The notes under the pieces were generated by a model, which searched no databases, was not told where the DNA came from, and saw only the letters and a list, made by a program, of their open reading frames with translations. A program made the translations under genes and the position numbers. Positions 1 to 8,339 of a stretch of DNA of 64,000 nucleotides are shown here, piece after piece. How positions within the stretch are numbered: position 1 is the first letter of the stretch; each line of letters begins with the position of its first letter. This stretch comes from Bacteroidota bacterium (GTDB lineage Bacteria; Bacteroidota; Bacteroidia; Bacteroidales; ML635J-15): the NCBI GenBank assembly GCA_051747965.1, contig JBNJGS010000004.1:300-64299 (forward strand). The letters run 5' to 3'.

Positions 1-999
1 TCGGCAGCATTCAATTCCGGGCATTTTCAGGAACTGACTTCATCCTCAGGAAGCTCGCAGACAGATGTTTCCGGTTTGCTTTATGGTACAACTTACCACT
101 GGCGGGTTGCTGCTTATCATGCTCAGGATACATCGGAATGGACTGATGTCTGGGAGTTTACAACAGATTATCAACTGACGGATGCTCCAGTGCTTGTGAG
201 TCCTGCTGATGGAAGTACCGACATTCCATTTGATCTGGTAATGGCAGAATGGGCTGCAGTAGCCGGTGCGGAATCTTATCAGTATCAATACAGTACGGAT
301 GAAACCTTTGAAACATCTGTGCACAGTGAGATTACCTCTCTCTTAACAACAAACTTCACAGAATTGCAGCCTCAGACAAGCTATTTCTGGCGGGTTCGCG
401 GAGCCAATAATACCGGCTATTCTCCATGGTCGGATGTGTGGTCGTTTACCACGGAAAGTGCTCCGCTTGAGCCTCCGGTACTTGTTTCTCCGGCAGACAA
501 TGCAACCGGGCTTGATCCCTCGGAAATTTTTCTTGTCTGGTATGATGTGTTCGGAGCAAGTGAATTTGATTATCAGATATCAACAGATGCCACCTTTGCC
601 ACAGGTGTTACAGGTGGAACCGAAAATGACACCCTGGTTAGCCTGAGTGGTTTGTCAGAAGAGACACAGTTTTTCTGGCGGGTGAAATCCGGTAATAGCA
701 CTCAGGAAAGTGCATGGTCTGAAACCTGGTCGTTTACTACCGGCCTTTATAATAGTAATTTTATCTCTGCTGCTGAAGACATTCAGCTTTACCCAAATCC
801 GGCACGGGGTATCGTGAATTTTAAAGACAATCTGCCTGAGGACGCGTTTGTGGAGATACAGAATAACAGCGGACAGATCGTGCTGACACAAAAAATGCAT
901 ACAAACCGACTGGATGTGTCATCCCTGTCTGCCGGGACGTATGTTGTCAGGATACATTCCGCAGATGAGTATATGTGCGGAAAGCTGGTGATCCATTAA
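1..999 (+). CDS. T9SS type A cargo protein with Fn3-like tandem modules (5' end truncated by window edge)
   Basis: Frame 1 is open from nt 1, and the track start at 76 is only a TTG. Modules end in W(T/S)(D/E)(V/T)W(E/S)FTT after a (H/F)WRV motif. The C-terminus LYPNPARGIVNF...GTYVVRIHS...GKLVIH is typical of Por/T9SS type A sorting domains. Confidence 0.7.
   Translation, partial: SAAFNSGHFQELTSSSGSSQTDVSGLLYGTTYHWRVAAYHAQDTSEWTDVWEFTTDYQLTDAPVLVSPADGSTDIPFDLVMAEWAAVAGAESYQYQYSTDETFETSVHSEITSLLTTNFTELQPQTSYFWRVRGANNTGYSPWSDVWSFTTESAPLEPPVLVSPADNATGLDPSEIFLVWYDVFGASEFDYQISTDATFATGVTGGTENDTLVSLSGLSEETQFFWRVKSGNSTQESAWSETWSFTTGLYNSNFISAAEDIQLYPNPARGIVNFKDNLPEDAFVEIQNNSGQIVLTQKMHTNRLDVSSLSAGTYVVRIHSADEYMCGKLVIH
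166..741 (+). repeat. Two complete 96-aa (288-nt) tandem protein modules, preceded by a partial copy at 1-165
   Basis: Hand alignment. Each unit starts ...PVLVSPAD(G/N) and ends (F/Y)FWRV(R/K)..N....S.WS(D/E)(V/T)WSFTT. Confidence 0.7.
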
Positions 1000-1024
1000 G
1001 GGAAATGGTTTTCTGCCATAATCT

Positions 1025-1035
1025 TGTTGTCAACA
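1025..1035. promoter_or_regulatory. Inverted repeat TGTTG-t-CAACA upstream of msrB (candidate operator)
   Basis: A 5-1-5 perfect inverted repeat ending 41 nt before the msrB ATG. Its half-site resembles the palindrome upstream of catalase at 62190-62201. Confidence 0.2.
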
Positions 1036-1075
1036 TTTGATGGTCAAAGCTGTTTAATCTCTAAACAACAAGAAA

Positions 1076-1522
1076 ATGAAAATATCATTTGGCATATTTG
1101 CTTTCATTGTATTGACAACAACAGCTATGGCACAGGAAAACAAAGATAACTATAAGGAGCTCAGCCCGGAAGAGAAGCGGGTCATCATCAACAAAGGCAC
1201 GGAGATGCCTTTTAGCGGAGAATATGAAGACCACTGGAAAGAAGGTATTTATACCTGTAAGCGTTGTGGGGCTCATTTGTATCGTTCTACATCCAAATTT
1301 GATGCGCAGTGCGGATGGCCCAGTTTCGATGATGAAATAGAAGGGGCAGTAAAACGACAAACCGATGCCGATGGTGTCCGGACAGAGATTTTATGCAGCA
1401 ATTGCGGGGCTCACCTGGGACACGTGTTTACCGGCGAGCGGTTTACGGATAAAAATACCCGGCATTGTGTGAATTCCATCAGTATGGAGTTTAAACCGCT
1501 TGACGAGCTGGAAAAGGAGTGA
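1076..1522 (+). CDS. msrB: Peptide-methionine (R)-S-oxide reductase MsrB, with N-terminal signal-like segment
   Basis: SelR hallmarks: two CxxC pairs (CKRCGAHL, CSNCGAHLGHVF) and the catalytic RHCVNS motif. The N-terminus is hydrophobic (ISFGIFAFIVLTTTAMA). Confidence 0.9.
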   Translation: MKISFGIFAFIVLTTTAMAQENKDNYKELSPEEKRVIINKGTEMPFSGEYEDHWKEGIYTCKRCGAHLYRSTSKFDAQCGWPSFDDEIEGAVKRQTDADGVRTEILCSNCGAHLGHVFTGERFTDKNTRHCVNSISMEFKPLDELEKE

Positions 1523-1524
1523 TA

Positions 1525-2943
1525 TTAATCCCCGGTAAAATAGTCATCCGGGAAATTAACCAGATAAACCTTACTGGTAGCCCTGGTTAAAGCTGTGTAC
1601 ATCCAGCGGTAATATGATACGCCCATCATGTCTTCGGTGACATACCCCTGATCAATAAAAATGGAATGCCATTGTCCTCCCTGGCTTTTATGGCATGTCA
1701 TGGCGTATGCATATTTAATCTGCAGGGCATTCAAAAAAGGATCCTTGCGTATGGCTTCTGCTTGTTTTTTGGAATCCAGGTGCTGATAATCAGCTTTTAC
1801 CTCTTCATACAACTTCTGGCTTTCCTCTGCCGGGAGTGAAGCTGAGTTGATCTCCAGTGTGTCAAGCAGCAGCCGTACTTCAATTTCAAGTTCGGGATAA
1901 TCAATAAACCTGATTTCAGCATCCTGATACCTGTGTCCGTACATTTCCTGTGTCTGCCTGAGTCTGACAATTTCCACCATATCGCCGTTGGCAATAAAAT
2001 CAATCGGGGCTTTTTCCGGCAGCCAGGTGTAGTTGTTTTTCACGATCATCAGCAGGTCACCGGGTGAAAGCTCTTCCTCGCGCCACAGAATCTGGTTGCG
2101 GATTCCCTGATTATAAATATTGGCGTTTTTGTTGGAACGGCAGACAACTTTTACTTCATCCATGCCATGCCGGTCATATTCTGATTCCAGTGTATCTACG
2201 AGTTCATTTCCGGTGATGCGCCCGATATCGGAATAAGTGCTGGTTGAGAATTTCGGGATTCCCTTGGGATCACTTTGCAGCCGTTCACGTAAAGCAGTGG
2301 CATTCATTAATATACCTGAATCTCTGGCCTGACGAATAACTTCTGTCATTTCATGCCCGCTTACATGCATACCCATGGATGAAAGCTCTGTATGATCAAG
2401 GGCAGGGGATAGCTCTGTATTTACCGGTGGCAGTTGTGCAGTATCCCCGATAAGAATCAACTTGCAATTGTTGCGGCTGAACACGAACTGCAGGAGGTCG
2501 CTGAGTAAACGGCCACTCCCAAACATGCTGTTGGGTGCGTATTCGTTGCTGATCATCGAGGCTTCGTCAACGATAAAAATGGTATCAGCGTTTTTATTAT
2601 AATTGAGTCCGAAACCTGAAAACATTTTGGCGGAATTTTTCTGCCTGTAGATTTCTTTATGAATGGTGAATGCCGGAAAACCACTGCTGTGAGACAATAC
2701 TTTGGCCGCCCTGCCTGTTGGTGCCAGGAGACGGAAGCCCACCTTCATATTTTGAAGTGTTTTCACAAATGCCCCGATCATGCTCGTCTTTCCCGTTCCG
2801 GCGTATCCTCTGAGTACAAAAACGGATTTTTCACCATCAGAAAGCATGAAATCTTCAAGTTTACGCAACAGATTGAGTTGATCCTGCGTTGCATGATAAG
2901 GAAAGATTTGTAGGATATGTTTTGTGAGAAAGTTTTTAATCAT
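1525..2943 (-). CDS. RecD-like SF1 DNA helicase (AAA_30/UvrD_C_2 type)
   Basis: Walker A GYAGTGKTS, Walker B IFIVDEASM, and a RecD/TraA-type C-terminal motif YAMTCHKSQGGQW. Confidence 0.8.
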   Translation of the reverse strand: MIKNFLTKHILQIFPYHATQDQLNLLRKLEDFMLSDGEKSVFVLRGYAGTGKTSMIGAFVKTLQNMKVGFRLLAPTGRAAKVLSHSSGFPAFTIHKEIYRQKNSAKMFSGFGLNYNKNADTIFIVDEASMISNEYAPNSMFGSGRLLSDLLQFVFSRNNCKLILIGDTAQLPPVNTELSPALDHTELSSMGMHVSGHEMTEVIRQARDSGILMNATALRERLQSDPKGIPKFSTSTYSDIGRITGNELVDTLESEYDRHGMDEVKVVCRSNKNANIYNQGIRNQILWREEELSPGDLLMIVKNNYTWLPEKAPIDFIANGDMVEIVRLRQTQEMYGHRYQDAEIRFIDYPELEIEVRLLLDTLEINSASLPAEESQKLYEEVKADYQHLDSKKQAEAIRKDPFLNALQIKYAYAMTCHKSQGGQWHSIFIDQGYVTEDMMGVSYYRWMYTALTRATSKVYLVNFPDDYFTGD

Positions 2944-2979
2944 TTTGCGTGAATCCTGCGGATTTTTCTTAAAAAATAC

Positions 2980-2987
2980 TAATTTTG
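2980..2987 (+). promoter_or_regulatory. Candidate Bacteroidota -7 box TAATTTTG
   Basis: Exact match to TAnnTTTG, 73 nt upstream of the ATG at 3060. No clear -33 TTG at the expected spacing. Confidence 0.25.
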
Positions 2988-3059
2988 CTGCAAACCGTAA
3001 AGGTTTAATTGAATTATTAAAAACAACGAGGAATCGAAATTATAAAAAAAAGAGAGACA

Positions 3060-3680
3060 ATGAACAAAACAGTCAAAATCATTATCCAGATCGTATTGTT
3101 GGCCTTGATTGTGTTACTGGCAATTCTTATTGTAAAAGGCATTCAGAAACCCATAGACTTTGAAAAAGAAAGAGTCGAACGATTTAATCAGGTAATTAAC
3201 AGACTGGAAGACATCAGAACGGCGCAGGTTGAATTCAAAAAACGGAATGGTTATTATACACCCCATTTTGACAGCCTGCTGCATTTTATCAAAACAGAAT
3301 CCATGCCGGTTGTGAAAAAAGATGGCTTTGTTCCTGATACTCTGACTGAAAAGGAAGCCGTTGAGCTTGGTATCGTCAGCAGGGATACAACTTATATCCC
3401 ATATCAGGACACCTTATTTAAATATCTGCCTTATTCTTTGGACTCAATGCCCTACATCCCTTGTGGCACACATGCCAAATTCCGTATGGATACTGCTACT
3501 GTGATGACCGGATCAAAAGTTGATGTGAAAGTGTTCGAAGCACGTGTAAACAATTGGGATATTCTTGACGGAATGGATCGGCAACTGATTGTGAACTTTA
3601 ATGCAGACAGGCAGGATAGCGTTCTCAGAGTTGGTTCACTGGAAGAAGCTACAAATAACGCCGGTAACTGGGAAAATTAA
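3060..3680 (+). CDS. Hypothetical membrane-anchored protein
   Basis: Clean ATG ORF with one N-terminal TM helix (IIIQIVLLALIVLLAILIV). No family recognised. Confidence 0.55.
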   Translation: MNKTVKIIIQIVLLALIVLLAILIVKGIQKPIDFEKERVERFNQVINRLEDIRTAQVEFKKRNGYYTPHFDSLLHFIKTESMPVVKKDGFVPDTLTEKEAVELGIVSRDTTYIPYQDTLFKYLPYSLDSMPYIPCGTHAKFRMDTATVMTGSKVDVKVFEARVNNWDILDGMDRQLIVNFNADRQDSVLRVGSLEEATNNAGNWEN

Positions 3681-3689
3681 TCCACTGCA

Positions 3690-4532
3690 ATGCAAAATAT
3701 TTTTGTTCTTGATAAAAATGTAAAAAATACTGCCCATCAAAATTGTACGATATCCATTCTGACAGGTCAGGATGGATATTGTTTTTCTGTAAAAGATCGT
3801 CAGGAAAACCGGTTTATGGGCCTTCGCTCGGTATCTCTTGATAAAGCAGCAGAGCCGGCAGAAGTCATTGAAGGACTGGAAGCATTTATCCGGGATATCT
3901 GGGGGGAGGATAAGCCCGTGGATATAAAACACCTGGTAATGGCCGGTGCTGAAACCCTGCTATTGCCAAAAGCTTTTTCTCAGGGAAACAGCCTCAAAGA
4001 AATCATGGCATTTCATTTCCCCGACAGGACCGGAAAAGAAATTGTTTCTACTTCTTTCCCCCAGCAGGATTTTATCCTGGCAGGTCTGGTTGATGAGCAT
4101 CTGAAAAATACACTTGAGGCAAAAACAATGCCGCAAAAAACAGAATTAAGCCAGGCATCATTGATCAGATCAGCATTGAAATATACAGGCCAGGGAAAAA
4201 AAGAAGCCGTATTTGTTCAGGTATGGAAAGGTTATGCCGATATGCTGGTCTTTAAAAATGGAGTACCGGCATTGTTTAATACTTATGCCCATCGCTACGG
4301 CAATGATTTGGTGTACTATGTGCTGAATCTTTATAAGCAATTAATGCTTGATCCGAAAAATTGTCCCCTAATGTTTTCCGGTTGGATAGATAAAAATGAG
4401 ACAGCCATGGTGCAACTCAATAAATTCATCAAAAATATCTATCTGGAAACCCTCAATACTGAAAAAAAATACTCTTACCAGTTCCAGGACATCATGCCAC
4501 ACTATTTTGTGAATTTTTTAAATGTAGATTAA
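3690..4532 (+). CDS. Hypothetical protein, DUF3822-like
   Basis: Starts 9 nt after the previous stop, and its stop overlaps the rsmD ATG by 1 nt. The family call rests on my recollection that DUF3822 genes precede rsmD in Bacteroidota; it was not searched. Confidence 0.5.
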   Translation: MQNIFVLDKNVKNTAHQNCTISILTGQDGYCFSVKDRQENRFMGLRSVSLDKAAEPAEVIEGLEAFIRDIWGEDKPVDIKHLVMAGAETLLLPKAFSQGNSLKEIMAFHFPDRTGKEIVSTSFPQQDFILAGLVDEHLKNTLEAKTMPQKTELSQASLIRSALKYTGQGKKEAVFVQVWKGYADMLVFKNGVPALFNTYAHRYGNDLVYYVLNLYKQLMLDPKNCPLMFSGWIDKNETAMVQLNKFIKNIYLETLNTEKKYSYQFQDIMPHYFVNFLNVD

Positions 4533-5077
4533 TGCGAATAATTTCCGGCAGTTTTAAAGGAAAACAAATCACGCCTCCAAAAAGATTTCAGGGCAGGCCA
4601 ACCACAGATTTTGCACGTGAAAGTATTTTTAACGTGCTGAACAATCATTATGATCTGGATCAAATCCGATTTCTTGATTTGTTTAGCGGAAGTGGTGCTT
4701 TTACATATGAAATGGGATCAAGGGGCTGTGAAGATATTACTTCCGTGGAAATTGATGCCATGCAGACGGACTTCATAAAAAGAAATATTGAAGAAATGCA
4801 GATGGATGGGATCAGTGTTTTGAACTCCAATGCAATCAGCTTCCTGGAACGTGTACAGAAAGAATACCATATCATTTTTGCAGATCCTCCTTTTGATTCT
4901 GAGGAGTACAGGGAAATACACCAATTGGTATTTGAGCGAAAACTCCTGCGTCCGGGTGGTTTGTTGGTGCTTGAACACAGCAAAAAGCACGATTTCAGTG
5001 AACTGCAACACTTTCTCGAACACAGAAAATACGGCGCAGTGAATTTTAGCATATTTGAACAACCAGCTGAGAATTAA
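4532..5077 (+). CDS. rsmD: 16S rRNA (guanine966-N2)-methyltransferase RsmD
   Basis: MRIISGSFKGK N-terminus, SAM-binding LDLFSGSGA, catalytic DPPF, about 180 aa. Confidence 0.85.
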   Translation: MRIISGSFKGKQITPPKRFQGRPTTDFARESIFNVLNNHYDLDQIRFLDLFSGSGAFTYEMGSRGCEDITSVEIDAMQTDFIKRNIEEMQMDGISVLNSNAISFLERVQKEYHIIFADPPFDSEEYREIHQLVFERKLLRPGGLLVLEHSKKHDFSELQHFLEHRKYGAVNFSIFEQPAEN

Positions 5078-5106
5078 TTCATTCTTTTTTATATCTTTGG
5101 TTACCT

Positions 5107-6135
5107 ATGAAAGATAAGGAATCTGACAGGTATATCATAAGATCAAACCTCTTGAATACCAGCATGGAATTCGGGAATATTGACATTCCTGAAAACATAA
5201 CACAATCAGCTTTCCTGATTACAGATGAGAACCTCTATGCCAATTATCATGAGTTCATCAGTCAATTCAGGCATATTTGTATCAAGCCGGGTGAAGCGTC
5301 AAAAAATCCGGAGACAGTACTGGACATCTACAAACAACTCAAGGCTGAGAATATTGACCGTCACTGTGTAATCCTTGGGTTTGGCGGCGGCGTGGTTACA
5401 GACATTGCGGGTTTTGTGGCTGCTACTTATCTGAGAGGTGTCCCCCTGATTCTGATACCCACAAGCCTTCTGGCAATGGCTGATGCAGCCGTTGGTGGAA
5501 AAAACGGTGTCAATTATGCCGGCATCAAAAATATGATCGGAACTGTTCGCCAGCCAGGGGCAACTCAAATTGACAGCAGTTTCCTGAAGACCTTGCCGGA
5601 TGAGCATTATAAGAACGGACTTGCTGAAGTGTTGAAAATTGCTTTCATCATGGATGAAGAGCTGATCAACGAGCTGGAAGAGTCTGTCAATGACATACTT
5701 AATCGCAAAACTGTAGTCTTGAATAAACTCCTGCACAGAGCATGTCAACTGAAAATCCGTTTGGTAGAGAAAGATGAGCAGGACAAGAATATCAGACATA
5801 TCCTGAATTTCGGGCACAGCCTGGGACATGCCATAGAAATGGAAGACCGGATATTGCACGGACTGGCGGTGAGTAAAGGCATGATCGCAGCCATGAAACT
5901 TTCGATGCAGTACAGCGGATTAAAAGAGACAGAGTTTCTGCGATTAAGGAAGCTTTTGAAGGCTTTTGATTTGCCAGTGGAATTTGAAATGAAAGATGCT
6001 TACTGGAAATATCTTATGCATGATAAAAAACGGACGGAAGGAAAGCTGTCTTTTATTTTCCTTGAATCAGCAGGAAACGCAGTGATCAGGAAGATAGATT
6101 TTCAGGATGTAAAAAAACTATTATATGCTACATGA
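5107..6135 (+). CDS. aroB: 3-dehydroquinate synthase
   Basis: GFGGGVVTDIAGFVAATYLRG, PTSLLAMADAAVGGKNGVN, and the metal-binding NFGHSLGHAIE motif. Confidence 0.85.
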   Translation: MKDKESDRYIIRSNLLNTSMEFGNIDIPENITQSAFLITDENLYANYHEFISQFRHICIKPGEASKNPETVLDIYKQLKAENIDRHCVILGFGGGVVTDIAGFVAATYLRGVPLILIPTSLLAMADAAVGGKNGVNYAGIKNMIGTVRQPGATQIDSSFLKTLPDEHYKNGLAEVLKIAFIMDEELINELEESVNDILNRKTVVLNKLLHRACQLKIRLVEKDEQDKNIRHILNFGHSLGHAIEMEDRILHGLAVSKGMIAAMKLSMQYSGLKETEFLRLRKLLKAFDLPVEFEMKDAYWKYLMHDKKRTEGKLSFIFLESAGNAVIRKIDFQDVKKLLYAT

Positions 6136-7387
6136 AATAAAACCGGGAGAGCTCAGTGGTGAAATAAAAATGCCTGCCTCCAAAAGCTTTGTGCAGCGGT
6201 TTATTGCTGCATCTGTGTTGGCTGACGGAATGTCATTGATTCACAATCCGGGCCGTTCTGAAGATGTGCTGGCATCCATGGCTGTTGCGCAAACTCTTGG
6301 AGCATATGCAAGAACCCTGAGTAATGGAGATATGATGATTCAGCCAGATTCTGATTTTCAGGGTGGAGAATTGTTTTGCCGGGAGTCCGGCTTATGCGCA
6401 CGCATGTATGCACCCATTGTCGGTCTTTTTGATAAGGATTTCAGTATCAACGGGTATCGGAGTCTAAAACGAAGACACTTGCTGCATGAGCTAAAGCAGT
6501 TGGAACAGTTTGGCCTGACCATCAGGGCGGAGAATGAGGACATTCCCATTTACTTTTCCGGGAAATTGCATGCTGCCGTAACAAGCATTGATGCCGGAAG
6601 AAGCAGTCAGTTGCTGACCGGTTTGCTGATGGCCCTTCCAACTTGCGATGCTGACAGCCATATTGAAGCCAGGGATCTTGTGAGCAAGCCATATGTGGAT
6701 ATGACCACGGATATCCTGCAACGTTTTGGTGTGACAATTCATGAAGACGGGTCTGAATACCAAATTCCCGGGAAGCAAAAATACCGGCCTCTGGAATGTG
6801 TAGCAGAGACAGACTGGAGCGCTACAGCCAATATCATGGTGGCTGCAGCCATTTGCGGTGACCTGGATATTCTGAATGTGAACTTTAGTTCTCAACAGGC
6901 GGATATCATCATTCTTGATGTTTTTGAAAAAGCCGGGATAAATTACAGTAAAATCAGTGATACAGCCCTGCGTGTAAAAAAGTCCAGACCCAAAGCATTT
7001 TCACTGGACCTTACAGATGCACCGGATTTGTTTCCTGCAATCATACCGCTTGCCCTGAAATCCGGCGGACCCTGTCGTTTTACAAATATAAACCGACTGA
7101 TAAATAAAGAATCCAACAGACTTAAAGCTGTGATCAGAGAATACGGAAAAATGGGAGCGAAGTTTGATTTTGTGGCAGACAATGAAGTGGTTTTGTATCC
7201 GGGACAACTGTCATATTCTGATGTCAATTCGTGGGGTGACCATAGAATAGTAATGAGCCTTGCCATAGCAGGTATCGCCAATAAGGGCGTAAAAATTCAT
7301 GATTCCGGACATGTAGCCAAATCCTGGCCGGAATTTTTTACTGCATTAAAAAAAGCTGGAGGAAAAATAAGTGCATACTTACGGTAA
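6125..7387 (+). CDS. aroA: 3-phosphoshikimate 1-carboxyvinyltransferase (EPSP synthase)
   Basis: N-terminal PASKSFVQR (equivalent to PGSKS..NR) and C-terminal GDHRIVMSLAIAG...AKSWPEFF. 420 aa, located between aroB and aroC, overlapping aroB by 11 nt. Confidence 0.85.
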   Translation: MLHEIKPGELSGEIKMPASKSFVQRFIAASVLADGMSLIHNPGRSEDVLASMAVAQTLGAYARTLSNGDMMIQPDSDFQGGELFCRESGLCARMYAPIVGLFDKDFSINGYRSLKRRHLLHELKQLEQFGLTIRAENEDIPIYFSGKLHAAVTSIDAGRSSQLLTGLLMALPTCDADSHIEARDLVSKPYVDMTTDILQRFGVTIHEDGSEYQIPGKQKYRPLECVAETDWSATANIMVAAAICGDLDILNVNFSSQQADIIILDVFEKAGINYSKISDTALRVKKSRPKAFSLDLTDAPDLFPAIIPLALKSGGPCRFTNINRLINKESNRLKAVIREYGKMGAKFDFVADNEVVLYPGQLSYSDVNSWGDHRIVMSLAIAGIANKGVKIHDSGHVAKSWPEFFTALKKAGGKISAYLR

Positions 7388-8339
7388 ATTGTTTCAAATA
7401 CATGTGTGGGGTACTTCCCACAATCCACAAATGGGAGTGATTATTGATTCGCTACCTCCGGGGATACCCCTGGAAGTGAAAGATTTTGAAGCGGATTTGA
7501 CAAGACGCAGGACAGGGGCGTATGGTACCAGCCAGCGCAACGAATCAGATGTGCCTGAAATCATTTCCGGAGTATATCGGGGAAAAACCACGGGTGCCCC
7601 ATTGCATATCATCTTTACAAATACCGGCCAGCGCTCCGAAGAATACAATTCCCGGGAATTTCCCCGGCCCGGGCATGCTGATATGGTTGCTGACAAAAAA
7701 TATCATGGATACAATGATTCGCGCGGTGGAGGCTTTTTCAGTGGCCGGATGACAGTTTTGCTCGTAGCTGCAGGTGTGGTGGCAAAATTAATGATGAAAT
7801 CACTGCAGATCAGAAGTGAGATTCTTTTCCCCCTGGATCACGAAACGATCAAACAGGCTGCAAAAGCCGGAGACTCCCTCGGAGCCGAAATAAAAGTGCA
7901 TATTGAGGGCTTGCCCGCAGGTACCGGTGAACCTTTTTTCAGCAGCATAGAGTCAGAAATTTCAAGACTTGTTTTTTCCATTCCCGGTGCCAAAGCCATC
8001 GCTTTTGGCGAAGGCTTCAGAGCTGACAGAATGTGCGGATCTGACTATAACGATGCCATCATCAATGCGGAAGGGAAAACAGAAACCAATCATGATGGAG
8101 GTATCAATGGCGGCATTGCCAATGGCAATCCAATTGTTTTTACAGTTAAATTCAAACCTACCTCGAGCATCAGTAAAACGCAAAAAAGCTGGCACCCCAA
8201 ATCAAACAAGCGTGAAGAAATCAACATACATGGTCGGCATGATGTATGTTACGGACTCCGGACACCGGTAATTCTGGAAGCCGTAGCTGCCATTGCACTG
8301 CTGGATCTGAGTATGCAAAAAAAAGCCATGGAAATATGA
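7371..8339 (+). CDS. aroC: Chorismate synthase (short, divergent form)
   Basis: Motifs GKLFQIHVWGTSH, RPGHAD, RGGGFFSGR, NHDGGINGGI.NG, KPTSSI and GRHD. GTG start at 7371 overlaps aroA by 17 nt. Confidence 0.8.
   Translation: MHTYGKLFQIHVWGTSHNPQMGVIIDSLPPGIPLEVKDFEADLTRRRTGAYGTSQRNESDVPEIISGVYRGKTTGAPLHIIFTNTGQRSEEYNSREFPRPGHADMVADKKYHGYNDSRGGGFFSGRMTVLLVAAGVVAKLMMKSLQIRSEILFPLDHETIKQAAKAGDSLGAEIKVHIEGLPAGTGEPFFSSIESEISRLVFSIPGAKAIAFGEGFRADRMCGSDYNDAIINAEGKTETNHDGGINGGIANGNPIVFTVKFKPTSSISKTQKSWHPKSNKREEINIHGRHDVCYGLRTPVILEAVAAIALLDLSMQKKAMEI

Noticed and set aside
8246-8335. Upstream-extended starts given by the ORF track (8246, 13721, 15800, 27930, 29366, 48637, 49263, 56440, 61591, 62240)
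   Set aside because: The extensions overlap the preceding gene or add non-signal-like residues ahead of an obvious ATG plus signal peptide or conserved N-terminus. I preferred the internal ATGs at 8336, 13757, 15872, 27960, 29372, 48586, 49419, 56536, 61606 and 62246.
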